Assembly (NCBI GenBank): GCA_963770045.1
Contig: CAVYOD010000023.1
Span: 115,916 to 139,915, forward strand
Length of the DNA: 24,000 bases
Reading direction: 5' to 3'
Source of the DNA: Candidatus Aminicenantes bacterium
Lineage (GTDB): Bacteria > Acidobacteriota > Aminicenantia > Aminicenantales > CAVYOD01
Every line of letters starts with the position of its first letter. Positions within the stretch are counted from its first letter, which is position 1. The notes below the pieces were generated by a model. It was not told the origin of the DNA, made no database searches, and was given only the letters and a program-made list of their open reading frames with translations. Made by a program: the position numbers and the translations under genes. Shown here one piece after another: positions 1 to 8,156 of this stretch.

Positions 1-602
1 GGTCGTGTGGTCTTTTGCTCGGGCTTGGGTTTGACCTCCAGTCGAACCCCTTCTTCGAGTGTCAGGGTTTGGTCCGCCCGAGTGTAGAGAAGGTTCCGGG
101 AAAAACCGTTGAGCCTCTGAGAGGAGATACCAACACCCTTGTCCGACCTGAAGATTTCCGTCTTCTTATCATAATCGAAAAACTCGGAGACAAGCGTCAG
201 GTCCTTGTCCTGAATCTTAACCTTTCCGGTCAGGACAAAGTGATTTCCCTCCTGGTCGTAGGCCACCTGGTCGGCGAAGATCATGGTCTTCTGTCCTCCC
301 TTGTGGCCGAAATCGACGACCTCGACGCTGCCTTCGAGGTGATTCAGCTTGTCCTCTCCGACATAAAACCTGTTCGCCCGGAGCTCGATGTTTCCCTTGC
401 CGCCCTTGAACTCGAAATGCTCGATCTTTTCTTTCTGGTCGATCTTCAGAGGACCGATGTCGGCCGATTGCCGGGGCGGCCTAGATTTTTCTCCAAAGTG
501 AGTCACGAGATAGACCAGGATGATCGTTACAATACCGAGGAGGAGGGCGAGGATCGCCATTCTCAGGGTCCGGGTCAGCCTGAACTTCGTCCTTTCGCGC
601 AT
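1..602 (-). CDS. LptC/OstA-like membrane-anchored periplasmic protein, 5' part only (runs off window start)
   Basis: Absent from the ORF track because it has no stop in the window. My translation of the minus strand from ATG 602..600 stays open to base 1. It reads MRERTKFRLTRTLRMAILALLLGIVTIILVYLV (one N-terminal TM helix), then a beta-rich region KIEHFEFKGGKGNIELRANRFYV...MIFADQVAYDQEGNHFVLTGKVKIQDKDLTLVSEFFDYDKKTEIFRSDKGV, the pattern of LptC/LptA (OstA-fold) proteins. It starts 8 nt after the recJ stop on the same strand. The + ORF 15..614 is its antisense shadow. The family call rests on pattern recognition only. Confidence 0.5.
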   Translation of the reverse strand, partial: MRERTKFRLTRTLRMAILALLLGIVTIILVYLVTHFGEKSRPPRQSADIGPLKIDQKEKIEHFEFKGGKGNIELRANRFYVGEDKLNHLEGSVEVVDFGHKGGQKTMIFADQVAYDQEGNHFVLTGKVKIQDKDLTLVSEFFDYDKKTEIFRSDKGVGISSQRLNGFSRNLLYTRADQTLTLEEGVRLEVKPKPEQKTTR

Positions 603-610
603 GCCCGATT

Positions 611-2308
611 CTAGGTCCTGATGTCTTCCAAAGACAGAGAGACTTTTTCTTCCCCCATGTACTCGGAGAACTGGAGAGAGTAGGCGATATCGATTTCATC
701 TCCTTTTTTGATCGCCGCTGCCCAGTCGGCTTTATCCCAGCCCAGCGCTTCGACCGTCCTCCCACTCTGTTTGACCAGAAACTTGGCGTGCTTGCCTTGG
801 ATCGTCTGAGGAGGGCTCGCCACTTTCACTCTCTCGGTCATGAACACCGGCTTGGGGTTTCCCATTCCAAACGGCCAGAGGAGGACATAGTCCTTGAGGA
901 GTACGGGCTGGATTTCCTCGAGACACAACCGCGTATCGATCGGTATTTTCCTTTGGAGGTCCGCGTCGGTGATCCGGGCGGCCGCGAGTTCATTGACCAA
1001 CGCCCTGAACGAGCTCATCCGGTCGCGTTCGAGGGAACAACCGACGGCATAGGTGTGGCCGCCGTAGTTGATGAACAGGTGCCGGCACTGGTCCAGGCAA
1101 TCGATCATCGAGAATTCGCTGATGCTCCTGCCCGAGCCGAAGGCCTTTCCGTCCTCATAGGCAAAGAGAAGCACCGGAAGGTGAAAGGCGTCTTTCAGCC
1201 GCGCGGCCACGATTCCGATGACACCACGGTGCCATTCCTCACAGCCCATGACCAGGAAACGGTACCGTTTTTCGAGCGCTCTGGTTCTGATCGTCTGGGC
1301 GGCCTGTTTGAAAATCCGCTCCTCGGTCGATTGTCTTTTCCTGTTCAGGGTCTCCAGCCGGCTGACAATATCGAGGCATTCCTCCGGGGATTTTGAAAAA
1401 AAGAGCCGGACCGCGAGGTCGGTCATCCCCATCCGGCCGGCCGCGTTGATCCTCGGCCCAATCCTGAATCCGACGTCCCCTTCGGAAACCCGTTTGTTCA
1501 CGAGTCCACAGGAATCGAGCAGCGTTCTCAAGCCCAGGTTGACGACAGTTTCAAGGCCCTTGAGTCCGTATTTTGCCAGAAGCCTGTTCTCGCCCCTCAA
1601 TTCCACCACATCGGCGATGGTCCCGATGGCCACCAACTTGATATAATGCGGAATCAGACGCGACCGGCGCGCGTCCTCAAAGAGGGCCTGGATCAATTTG
1701 AAAACGACGCCGACTCCGGCGAGTCCCTTATCCGGGTAGCCGTTCGCCTCGAGCATGGGATTCAGAATTGCGACCGCGGGCGGGAGTTCGGCTCCAGGAC
1801 GGTGGTGGTCGGTGATGATGACATCGATTCCTCTGGATTTGGCCTCTCGGACAAACTGGACCGCCTTGACCCCGCAGTCCACGCTGATCACGAGGCCCGC
1901 TCTCTTTTGGGTGACAATATCGATGTGTTCGGTCTTGATTCCGTAGCCATCCTTGAGCCGCTCGGGAATGAAATAGTCGACTTCGGCGCCGAGCGATTCC
2001 AGGGCTTTGTGCAGCATGACCACTGATAAGATTCCATCGACGTCATAATCCCCGAAGATCAGGATCTTCTCCCGGCGGGCAATCGCCTCTTTTATCCTGA
2101 AGACGGACTCCGCCATCCCGGCCATCAGATACGGATCAAAGAGCCCGCTGAGGTCGCCGTAGAGAAACTGGTGGGCACTCTGGGGGCTGTCGATGTTTCG
2201 GTTGACCAAGATCTGGGCGATAGGCAGGGGAATCCCCAGCTCCCTGGATATGACCTCAGATTCAGGCCGCGACGGCCTGAGGATCCACCGTGAACCGGTC
2301 ATGGACAC
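611..2308 (-). CDS. recJ: Single-stranded-DNA-specific exonuclease RecJ (DHH/DHHA1 family)
   Basis: 565-aa ORF with DHH-family motifs FGDYDVDGILS, SVDCG, DVIITDHHRP and the DHHA1 motif NYGGHTYAVG. Length and N-terminus (LGIPLPIAQILVNRNI) are typical of RecJ. Confidence 0.95.
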   Translation of the reverse strand: MSMTGSRWILRPSRPESEVISRELGIPLPIAQILVNRNIDSPQSAHQFLYGDLSGLFDPYLMAGMAESVFRIKEAIARREKILIFGDYDVDGILSVVMLHKALESLGAEVDYFIPERLKDGYGIKTEHIDIVTQKRAGLVISVDCGVKAVQFVREAKSRGIDVIITDHHRPGAELPPAVAILNPMLEANGYPDKGLAGVGVVFKLIQALFEDARRSRLIPHYIKLVAIGTIADVVELRGENRLLAKYGLKGLETVVNLGLRTLLDSCGLVNKRVSEGDVGFRIGPRINAAGRMGMTDLAVRLFFSKSPEECLDIVSRLETLNRKRQSTEERIFKQAAQTIRTRALEKRYRFLVMGCEEWHRGVIGIVAARLKDAFHLPVLLFAYEDGKAFGSGRSISEFSMIDCLDQCRHLFINYGGHTYAVGCSLERDRMSSFRALVNELAAARITDADLQRKIPIDTRLCLEEIQPVLLKDYVLLWPFGMGNPKPVFMTERVKVASPPQTIQGKHAKFLVKQSGRTVEALGWDKADWAAAIKKGDEIDIAYSLQFSEYMGEEKVSLSLEDIRT

Positions 2309-2350
2309 GGCTTAAATCTAACACAATCAAGGACAATCCTCAAATCGCGA

Positions 2351-2521
2351 AGACGTCTCCGTTCCCCGTCCGTTCTTTGTCCGCCGAAAACACTTAGGAA
2401 TGAGCGGTCAGGAGTAAGCGGTTCAATATCAAAAAGAACCATCAATAAGAATAGCTCCTTACCCCTTACTCCTCACCCCTTACCATTACTGCTATTTTGA
2501 CGAGATAGACGAGATAGACGG
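2351..2521. repeat. Intergenic inverted short-tandem-repeat element, copy A (recJ/ftsY divergent region)
   Basis: The left arm starts with the palindrome AGACGTCT (2351..2358) and includes TGAGCGGTCAGGAGTAAGCGG (2401..2421). The centre is AT-rich. The right arm has five tandem heptamers CCTTACC/CCTTACT/CCTCACC/CCTTACC/ATTACTG (2457..2491), then TTGACGAGATAGAC, i.e. GACGAGATA x2 plus GACG (2497..2520). The arms are imperfect reverse complements of each other. Confidence 0.7.
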
Positions 2522-2543
2522 TTATGAATATAATATTCATGCC

Positions 2544-3437
2544 GTGCTGGGAAATCTGAAGGAAAAACTGGCCAGGACCCGACAGGTTTTTCGGGACAAG
2601 CTCGAGACCTTCCTTCAAGGCAGCAGACAGAGTGAAGAAATCCTCGATGAGATAACTGAGCTCTTGATCCTGGCGGACGTCGGAATCGGGACAACCGAAA
2701 AGATCATCGGCGACCTCAAGGACAAGATTAAGAAAGATAGCTCATTCCCGGTGGTCCAGGCTCTTCTCAAGGAGGAGCTGGTGAGGATCCTTTCGTTGTA
2801 TCCTCCTGAAGTGGCCCGGAATTCGGCCCCGATGGTGGTCATGATGGTCGGAGTGAACGGGGGAGGCAAAACGACCTCCCTGGCCAAGCTCGCCTTTGCC
2901 TCGAAAAATGAGGGAAAAAAGGTGATGATGGTGGCAGCCGATACATTCCGGGCGGCGGCTCCAGAGCAGCTCGCCCTCTGGGGGAAAAGGCTGAATATCC
3001 AGGTCGTCAGGGGCCAGTACGGTGCGGACCCGGCCTCGGTCGTCTATGATGCGGTCCAATCCTTCAAGATCCACGGGTTTGACATCCTGCTCATCGACAC
3101 GGCCGGCAGGATTCACACCAATGCCAACTTGATGAACGAGCTCGAAAAGGTCAAACGGATCATTGCCCGGGAGATCAGCGGGGCGCCGCACGAGATCCTG
3201 CTCGTCCTGGATTCGACCATCGGCCAGAATGCCATCGTCCAGGCTAGGGAATTCCTGAAGTTCTCAGGCATCACCGGGATTTTCCTGACCAAGCTCGATG
3301 GCACGGCCAAAGGAGGAAGCGTTATCAGCATCGTTGCCGAGCTGGGGCTTCCGGTCAAATTCATCGGAGTGGGAGAGAGTGAAGAGGATATGCTGCCTTT
3401 TTCTCCCCAGAATTTCGTCGACGCCCTCCTCTCATGA
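2544..3437 (+). CDS. ftsY: Signal recognition particle receptor FtsY (NG domain only)
   Basis: 297 aa, GTG start. SRP-GTPase motifs are present: GVNGGGKTTSLAKLA (G1), DTAGR (G3), TKLDGTAKGG (G4), GVGE. Confidence 0.95.
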   Translation: MLGNLKEKLARTRQVFRDKLETFLQGSRQSEEILDEITELLILADVGIGTTEKIIGDLKDKIKKDSSFPVVQALLKEELVRILSLYPPEVARNSAPMVVMMVGVNGGGKTTSLAKLAFASKNEGKKVMMVAADTFRAAAPEQLALWGKRLNIQVVRGQYGADPASVVYDAVQSFKIHGFDILLIDTAGRIHTNANLMNELEKVKRIIAREISGAPHEILLVLDSTIGQNAIVQAREFLKFSGITGIFLTKLDGTAKGGSVISIVAELGLPVKFIGVGESEEDMLPFSPQNFVDALLS

Positions 3438-4534
3438 ATAACTCAAAGGATCTGGCTTTCCTCGAAATGGCCTACGGCCTGGCTGAAAAGGCCAGGGGAC
3501 GGGTGAGTCCCAATCCTCTGGTCGGAGCGCTGGTCGTCCGCGCAGGAGCCATCGTTGGCCATGGCTACCACGAGGAGGCCGGAAAACCGCACGCCGAAGT
3601 GATCGCCCTGGGCAGGGCGGGGGGCTTGGCCAAAAAAGCAACCGCCTATATCACTCTCGAACCCTGTGTCCATTGGGGCAGGACTCCGCCCTGCGTAGAC
3701 AGCCTTCTCCGGGCCCGGTTGAAAAGAGTCGTCGTTTCCGCCCTGGACCCGAACCCACTTGTCTATAGGAAGGGAATCCGAAAACTAAAGCAGGCCGGTG
3801 TGGACGTCTCCCTCGGGCTCCTCCAGGAAAAGAATAGCCGCCTCAATGAGACCTATATTAAATACATAACCCAAAAGCTACCGTTCGTCACTCTTAAAGC
3901 GGCGCTGACCTTGGACGGTCGGATGGCGACCAGGCGCTTCGATTCCCGCTGGATATCTTCCCCTGCCACGCGCGAATATGTTCATCTCCTGCGCGGAGAA
4001 TACGACGCCATTATGGTCGGAATCCAGACCGTTCTGCACGATGACCCCCTCCTGACTGTGCGTCATCCCAATTGGGGAGAGAAACGACTGACAAGGATCA
4101 TCCTGGACTCTCGCCTCCGTTTCCCTTTGAAGGCCAGGATGTTATCGACCCTGGGTGAGGGCAAACTGATCATCTTTACCCTGGACGGGGTCTCCACGAG
4201 GAAGGCGGGTTTGTTGACGGATAGAGGAGTTGAGGTTGTCCCCCTTCGCGGTCATTCCGGAATGATTGATCTCCGCGACGTCATAGGATGGCTTGGGCGG
4301 AGGGAGGTCTCCAGCCTTCTGGTCGAGGGGGGAAGCCGTCTTATGACCTCCCTCCTCGAACAAAAGCTGGCGGACAAGGTTTATTTGACCGTCTCTCCCA
4401 AAATCACCGGAGGCGATCAGGCTCTTCCTTTCTTGGGAGGAAGGGGCGTTGATTTCATCAAGGATTCCATCCGCCTGAAAAATCCGCGCTCCTTCCGGGT
4501 CGAGGACGACATCATCATCGAAGGATATCTCTAA
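3434..4534 (+). CDS. ribD: Bifunctional riboflavin biosynthesis protein RibD (pyrimidine deaminase / uracil reductase)
   Basis: 366 aa. Cytidine-deaminase zinc motifs HAEVIAL and TLEPCVHWGRTPPC, plus a C-terminal reductase domain (LLVEGGSRL). Its start overlaps the ftsY stop (ATGA at 3434..3437). Confidence 0.95.
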   Translation: MNNSKDLAFLEMAYGLAEKARGRVSPNPLVGALVVRAGAIVGHGYHEEAGKPHAEVIALGRAGGLAKKATAYITLEPCVHWGRTPPCVDSLLRARLKRVVVSALDPNPLVYRKGIRKLKQAGVDVSLGLLQEKNSRLNETYIKYITQKLPFVTLKAALTLDGRMATRRFDSRWISSPATREYVHLLRGEYDAIMVGIQTVLHDDPLLTVRHPNWGEKRLTRIILDSRLRFPLKARMLSTLGEGKLIIFTLDGVSTRKAGLLTDRGVEVVPLRGHSGMIDLRDVIGWLGRREVSSLLVEGGSRLMTSLLEQKLADKVYLTVSPKITGGDQALPFLGGRGVDFIKDSIRLKNPRSFRVEDDIIIEGYL

Positions 4535-5130
4535 TGTTTACAGGAATCATCAGTCATCTCGGGGTCTTTAAAAACTACGGCCGGGGAAAACAAGAGATGC
4601 TTATCGGTGCTCCCACCCTGGCCGCGCAGATCGAGCCCGGCGATAGCCTGGCCGTGAACGGCGTCTGCCTGACTCTCGTCCGCAAAGAAGCCAAGGGGCT
4701 CGTCTTCAACCTCTCCCAGGAGACCCTCGGCATATCGAACCTGGGTCTGTTGCGGCCGGGGGAAGAGTTGAATCTGGAGCCTCCGATCTCACTCCAGACG
4801 CCCCTGAGCGGTCATTTGGTCGCCGGCCACATCGACGGCCGGGGGAAGGTCTTGAAATCGATCCCCCGCCAGCCGGGACGAAGGCTGACGATCAGTTTCC
4901 CGGTCCGCCTCCGGCCTTTTTTCATCCCCAAAGGGTCGGTAGCGATCAACGGCGTCAGCCTCACCCTGGCCGGCCTGGGTCCTTCCTCGTTAGAGGTCGA
5001 AATTATCCCTATCACATTGAAAAACAGCAACTTAGGGAGACTCAAATCCGGAGACGAAGTCAACATAGAATGTGACATGATCGGGAAATACGTGTATAAT
5101 CGAGTCGTGCCATCGTCGCGAAGAGCATGA
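4534..5130 (+). CDS. ribE: Riboflavin synthase (alpha chain)
   Basis: 198 aa. Canonical MFTGII N-terminus and two lumazine-binding repeats (LAVNGVCLT, VAINGVSLT). TAATG overlap with the ribD stop. Confidence 0.93.
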   Translation: MFTGIISHLGVFKNYGRGKQEMLIGAPTLAAQIEPGDSLAVNGVCLTLVRKEAKGLVFNLSQETLGISNLGLLRPGEELNLEPPISLQTPLSGHLVAGHIDGRGKVLKSIPRQPGRRLTISFPVRLRPFFIPKGSVAINGVSLTLAGLGPSSLEVEIIPITLKNSNLGRLKSGDEVNIECDMIGKYVYNRVVPSSRRA

Positions 5131-5185
5131 AGAGACGGCGCAGAGTGCGGCAAAGCAACGACGACCGGACTTTTTAGGTTAGGTC

Positions 5186-6403
5186 ATGGAAAAAAAGATA
5201 AAAACAGCCCCTGTCGAACAGGCCCTCAAAGCGGTCAAGGAGGGCCATTTGGTTATCATTGTGGATGACGAAGACCGCGAAAACGAAGGCGACCTGATGG
5301 TCGCGGCAGAAAAGGTCACTCCCGACATTATCAATTTCATGACCAAGAACGGCCGGGGACTCATTTGCCTTCCCTTAACCCGGGAGAGGCTCGAAGAGCT
5401 CCAGCTGCCCCTGATGGTCATGGACAATACGGCCCGTTTCGAAACGGCCTTCACGGTCTCGATCGACGCCAAGGAAGGCATCTCGACCGGCATCTCAGCC
5501 TACGACCGTGCCAAGACGATCCAGGCTGCGATCGACCCCCAGACAAAACCTTCCGACCTGGCCCGACCCGGCCACATCTTCCCTCTCCGGGCGAGAGAGG
5601 GCGGCGTTCTGGCCAGGGCCGGCCAGACTGAAGCGGCGGTTGACCTCGCCCGTTTGGCAGGTCTCAAGCCGGCTGGGGTGATCTGTGAAATCATGAACGA
5701 AGACGGGACCATGGCCAGGATGCCTGAGCTCGAAAATTTCAGCCTGACAAATGACATCCCTGTCCTGACCATCGCCGACTTGATCAAATACCGGCTCAAG
5801 CATGAGAGCCTGGTCCAAAAGGTGGACGAAGCGGACCTGCCGACCAAATACGGCGATTTCCGAATTGTCATCTTTGAGGACATCATTCACCATGAGAACC
5901 ATGTTGCGCTGACCAAGGGCAAGCTCAATTGGGATGAGCCGACCCTGGTCAGGGCCCACTCCCAGTGCCTGACCGGGGACACTTTCGGCTCGTCTCGCTG
6001 CGATTGCGGAGAGCAGCTCCACCGGGCTATGGAGATGGTCAGTGCCGAGGGAAAAGGCGTCATCCTCTACATCCTCAATCATGAAGGACGCGGCATCGGG
6101 CTGAACAATAAGATCAGGGCTTATGCTATCCAGGACCGGGGAGCCGACACCGTGGAAGCCAATCGCGAGCTGGGATTTAAGCCTGATCAGAGGGATTACG
6201 GCATTGGAGCCCAGATCCTGGTTGCCTTGGGAATCAACAAGCTCCGCTTGATCACCAACAATCCCCGCAAATTCATCGGCCTGACCGGCTACGGACTGGA
6301 GATCGTCGACCGCGTTCCGCTGGAAATCCCGCCCAACAAATGCAATCTGAAATACCTCAAAACCAAAAAAGAAAAGCTGGGCCATATCCTGGATATGGTT
6401 TGA
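5186..6403 (+). CDS. ribBA: Bifunctional 3,4-dihydroxy-2-butanone-4-phosphate synthase / GTP cyclohydrolase II
   Basis: 405 aa. DHBP-synthase motif [12 protein letters not shown] and GTP cyclohydrolase II zinc motif [15 protein letters not shown], with EGRGIGL. Confidence 0.95.
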   Translation: MEKKIKTAPVEQALKAVKEGHLVIIVDDEDRENEGDLMVAAEKVTPDIINFMTKNGRGLICLPLTRERLEELQLPLMVMDNTARFETAFTVSIDAKEGISTGISAYDRAKTIQAAIDPQTKPSDLARPGHIFPLRAREGGVLARAGQTEAAVDLARLAGLKPAGVICEIMNEDGTMARMPELENFSLTNDIPVLTIADLIKYRLKHESLVQKVDEADLPTKYGDFRIVIFEDIIHHENHVALTKGKLNWDEPTLVRAHSQCLTGDTFGSSRCDCGEQLHRAMEMVSAEGKGVILYILNHEGRGIGLNNKIRAYAIQDRGADTVEANRELGFKPDQRDYGIGAQILVALGINKLRLITNNPRKFIGLTGYGLEIVDRVPLEIPPNKCNLKYLKTKKEKLGHILDMV

Positions 6404-6431
6404 AAAACCATAGGCTTGAACCTGAAGAGGC

Positions 6432-7208
6432 ATGGAGCTAAAAGAGTTTCAAGAAAAGTTTAGGTCTCTTCCCTTCCGGGAGGGCATCAGGTTCATATAT
6501 AGGAATATCGAAAGCCTGGCCGAGAAAGAACGGACCCATTTTCTTCTGCCCCTCATTCAGGATGGGAACCATTCTCCGACACTCAGGGCCGCGGCTCTGA
6601 AGTTCTTGCGCCGGACGGAAGGTAACCGCGCCGAAGTCTTTGAAAAGTGCCTCAACGACCGCCATCCGGTTGTGGTCAAGGCAGCCCAGAAGGCGATGAG
6701 AGATTATGAAGCCCAGAACAGCCGGAACGCTCTTATCATCAAGTCCATCTTAGGAAAGATTCAATCGACTCCCGATAAACAGAGGAGGCTCAGGATCTTG
6801 AAGGCGATTGGCAAGCTCCAGGCTTCCTGGGTTCCCAAGGTTCTCCTGGAAGCCTTCGCCGACCCGAGCGAGGACGTCCGTGATCAGATCGCCGCGATGC
6901 TGGGAGAAAGGGAGCCCTTGGACCTTAGCCTTATTTATCCAAAGCTCGTAAAATCTCCCTGGTATGTGAAGAGCACGGCCCTGAAAGTCCTGGCCTGGAA
7001 GAAGAACCCCGATTCGGTCCAAGAGATCGAGCGGATTCTCGGCGACACAAATGTTGACGTCCGCCGGAACGCAACTCTCGCCCTTGGTGAGATCGGGGGC
7101 AAAGAGGCGCTGCGGCTTCTTGTGCGCCTGTCCAAAGACAGGAGTTCCTACGTCCGGACGGCCGCTGAGGCCGCCTTGAGAAATGCGACCCGAGTGAAGT
7201 TTTGTTAG
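6432..7208 (+). CDS. HEAT-repeat (PBS-lyase HEAT-like) protein, function unknown
   Basis: 258 aa with repeated helical units ending in D..VR motifs: DPSEDVRDQIAAMLGE, DTNVDVRRNATLALGEIGGKEAL, KDRSSYVRTAAEAAL. Begins 28 nt after ribBA with a GAAGAGG upstream. Confidence 0.7.
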   Translation: MELKEFQEKFRSLPFREGIRFIYRNIESLAEKERTHFLLPLIQDGNHSPTLRAAALKFLRRTEGNRAEVFEKCLNDRHPVVVKAAQKAMRDYEAQNSRNALIIKSILGKIQSTPDKQRRLRILKAIGKLQASWVPKVLLEAFADPSEDVRDQIAAMLGEREPLDLSLIYPKLVKSPWYVKSTALKVLAWKKNPDSVQEIERILGDTNVDVRRNATLALGEIGGKEALRLLVRLSKDRSSYVRTAAEAALRNATRVKFC

Positions 7209-7215
7209 ATGAGCC

Positions 7216-7674
7216 TCATTTTGGCTCCAGGGATTGCCTGGAAGTCAGGATGAAGGTAACCGGACCGTCGTTGACAATCAGAACTTCCATCAAGGCTTGA
7301 AAGACGCCGGTTTCGACCTTGATACCCCTCTGTCTGACCGATTCCACGAAGAAGTCAAAGAGTCCCTGAGCTTTCCCGGGCTCCTCGGCGTTATCGAATC
7401 CCGGCCTGCGGCCTTTTCGGACCGAGGCGGCCAGGGTGAACTGGGAAACGGCCAGAACCGTCCCCTGCACTTCCTCCAGGGAAAGGTTCATCTTCCCCAA
7501 ATCGTCAGGAAATATCCTGAGCTCAGTGACTTTTCTGGCCAGGAACGCCGCATCCTGCTCGGTATCTCCCTTTTCAATTCCGACCAAGAGGCAGATCCCC
7601 TTCCCCACCTCTCCAACCAGACGGCCTTCCACTTCGACGGAGGCTCTTTTTACTCGTTGCAGGACAATGATCAT
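7216..7674 (-). CDS. dtd: D-aminoacyl-tRNA deacylase
   Basis: The track ORF is 7216..7698. The protein aligns end to end with E. coli Dtd (recalled from memory) starting at the internal Met: MIIVLQRVKRASVEVEG...SQFTLAA...NDGPVTF. I therefore place the start at ATG 7674..7672. The 8 extra upstream codons fall inside the intergenic repeat arm. Confidence 0.9.
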   Translation of the reverse strand: MIIVLQRVKRASVEVEGRLVGEVGKGICLLVGIEKGDTEQDAAFLARKVTELRIFPDDLGKMNLSLEEVQGTVLAVSQFTLAASVRKGRRPGFDNAEEPGKAQGLFDFFVESVRQRGIKVETGVFQALMEVLIVNDGPVTFILTSRQSLEPK

Positions 7675-7680
7675 GGTAAA

Positions 7681-7797
7681 CTCGTGTATCTCGTCCATCC
7701 TCGTCGTCGGGTCTATCTCGTCAAGAATAAAAAAAGAAAGATAATTATAAAATCGTTTGGGTTTTGACGAGAAAGACGAGACAGAACCAGATAGACG
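7681..7797. repeat. Intergenic inverted short-tandem-repeat element, copy B (dtd/rpsT divergent region)
   Basis: TTGACGAGATAGAC on the minus strand (7724..7711) and TTGACGAGAAAGAC on the plus strand (7764..7777) face outward around an AT-rich 39-nt core. Both are followed by further GACGAG-type units. The right arm contains ACAGAACCAGAT (7781..7792). Confidence 0.7.
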
Positions 7798-7824
7798 TTA
7801 CGATTTAGCTTACCTTCTCTCATG

Positions 7825-7853
7825 TTGACTTTAAACCCAGTTTATTCTACCAT
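7825..7853 (+). promoter_or_regulatory. Putative sigma70-type promoter for rpsT
   Basis: TTGACT (7825..7830), 17-nt spacer, TACCAT (7848..7853). A GAAGGAG Shine-Dalgarno sits about 8 nt before ATG 7878. Consensus matching only. Confidence 0.35.
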
Positions 7854-7877
7854 ATCCACTTCGAGAAGGAGAAGATA

Positions 7878-8156
7878 ATGGCTCATCACGGGTCCGCGGT
7901 TCGAGAGATGCGGCGCAGCCTTCGCCGGAATGCCGTCAACAAGAGGAACAGGTCCAGCCTCCGCAGCCAGGTCAAGAGAGTCAGAGAAGCCATCAGGAGC
8001 AAAAATAAGGAAGAGGCTGAAAAACTCCTTCCCCAGACTTTCTCAGCCATCGATAAGACGATCAAAAGGGGCGCGATTCACAAGAACAAGGGAAGCCGCT
8101 ACAAGTCCCGGCTCAGCCGTCAGGTGGCCGAGATCAATCCGGTCCCTTCAAAATAG
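7878..8156 (+). CDS. rpsT: 30S ribosomal protein S20
   Basis: 92-aa very basic protein, MAHHGSAVREMRRSLRRNAVNKRNRSSLRSQVKRV...IHKNKGSRYKSRLSR, typical of S20. Strong SD upstream. Confidence 0.93.
   Translation: MAHHGSAVREMRRSLRRNAVNKRNRSSLRSQVKRVREAIRSKNKEEAEKLLPQTFSAIDKTIKRGAIHKNKGSRYKSRLSRQVAEINPVPSK

Noticed and set aside
15-614. 199-aa + strand ORF at the window start
   Set aside because: Its composition is odd (L/D/V/E-rich with no recognisable motifs). It lies exactly antisense to an open minus-strand frame that encodes a convincing TM-anchored OstA/LptC-like protein downstream of recJ.
2457-2520. Tandem repeats as a possible CRISPR array
   Set aside because: The units are only 7-9 nt and directly abutting, with no spacers. 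No cas genes are present in the window.
2497-2534. TTGACG of the repeat core plus TATAAT (2529..2534) as the ftsY promoter
   Set aside because: The spacing between the hexamers is 26 nt, far from the 16-18 nt optimum. The equivalent positions in the other repeat copies have no -10-like hexamer either.
2309-3440. FMN (RFN) riboswitch controlling ribD
   Set aside because: ribD overlaps the ftsY stop codon, so there is no leader. The recJ/ftsY spacer shows no RFN-like conserved core that I can recognise.
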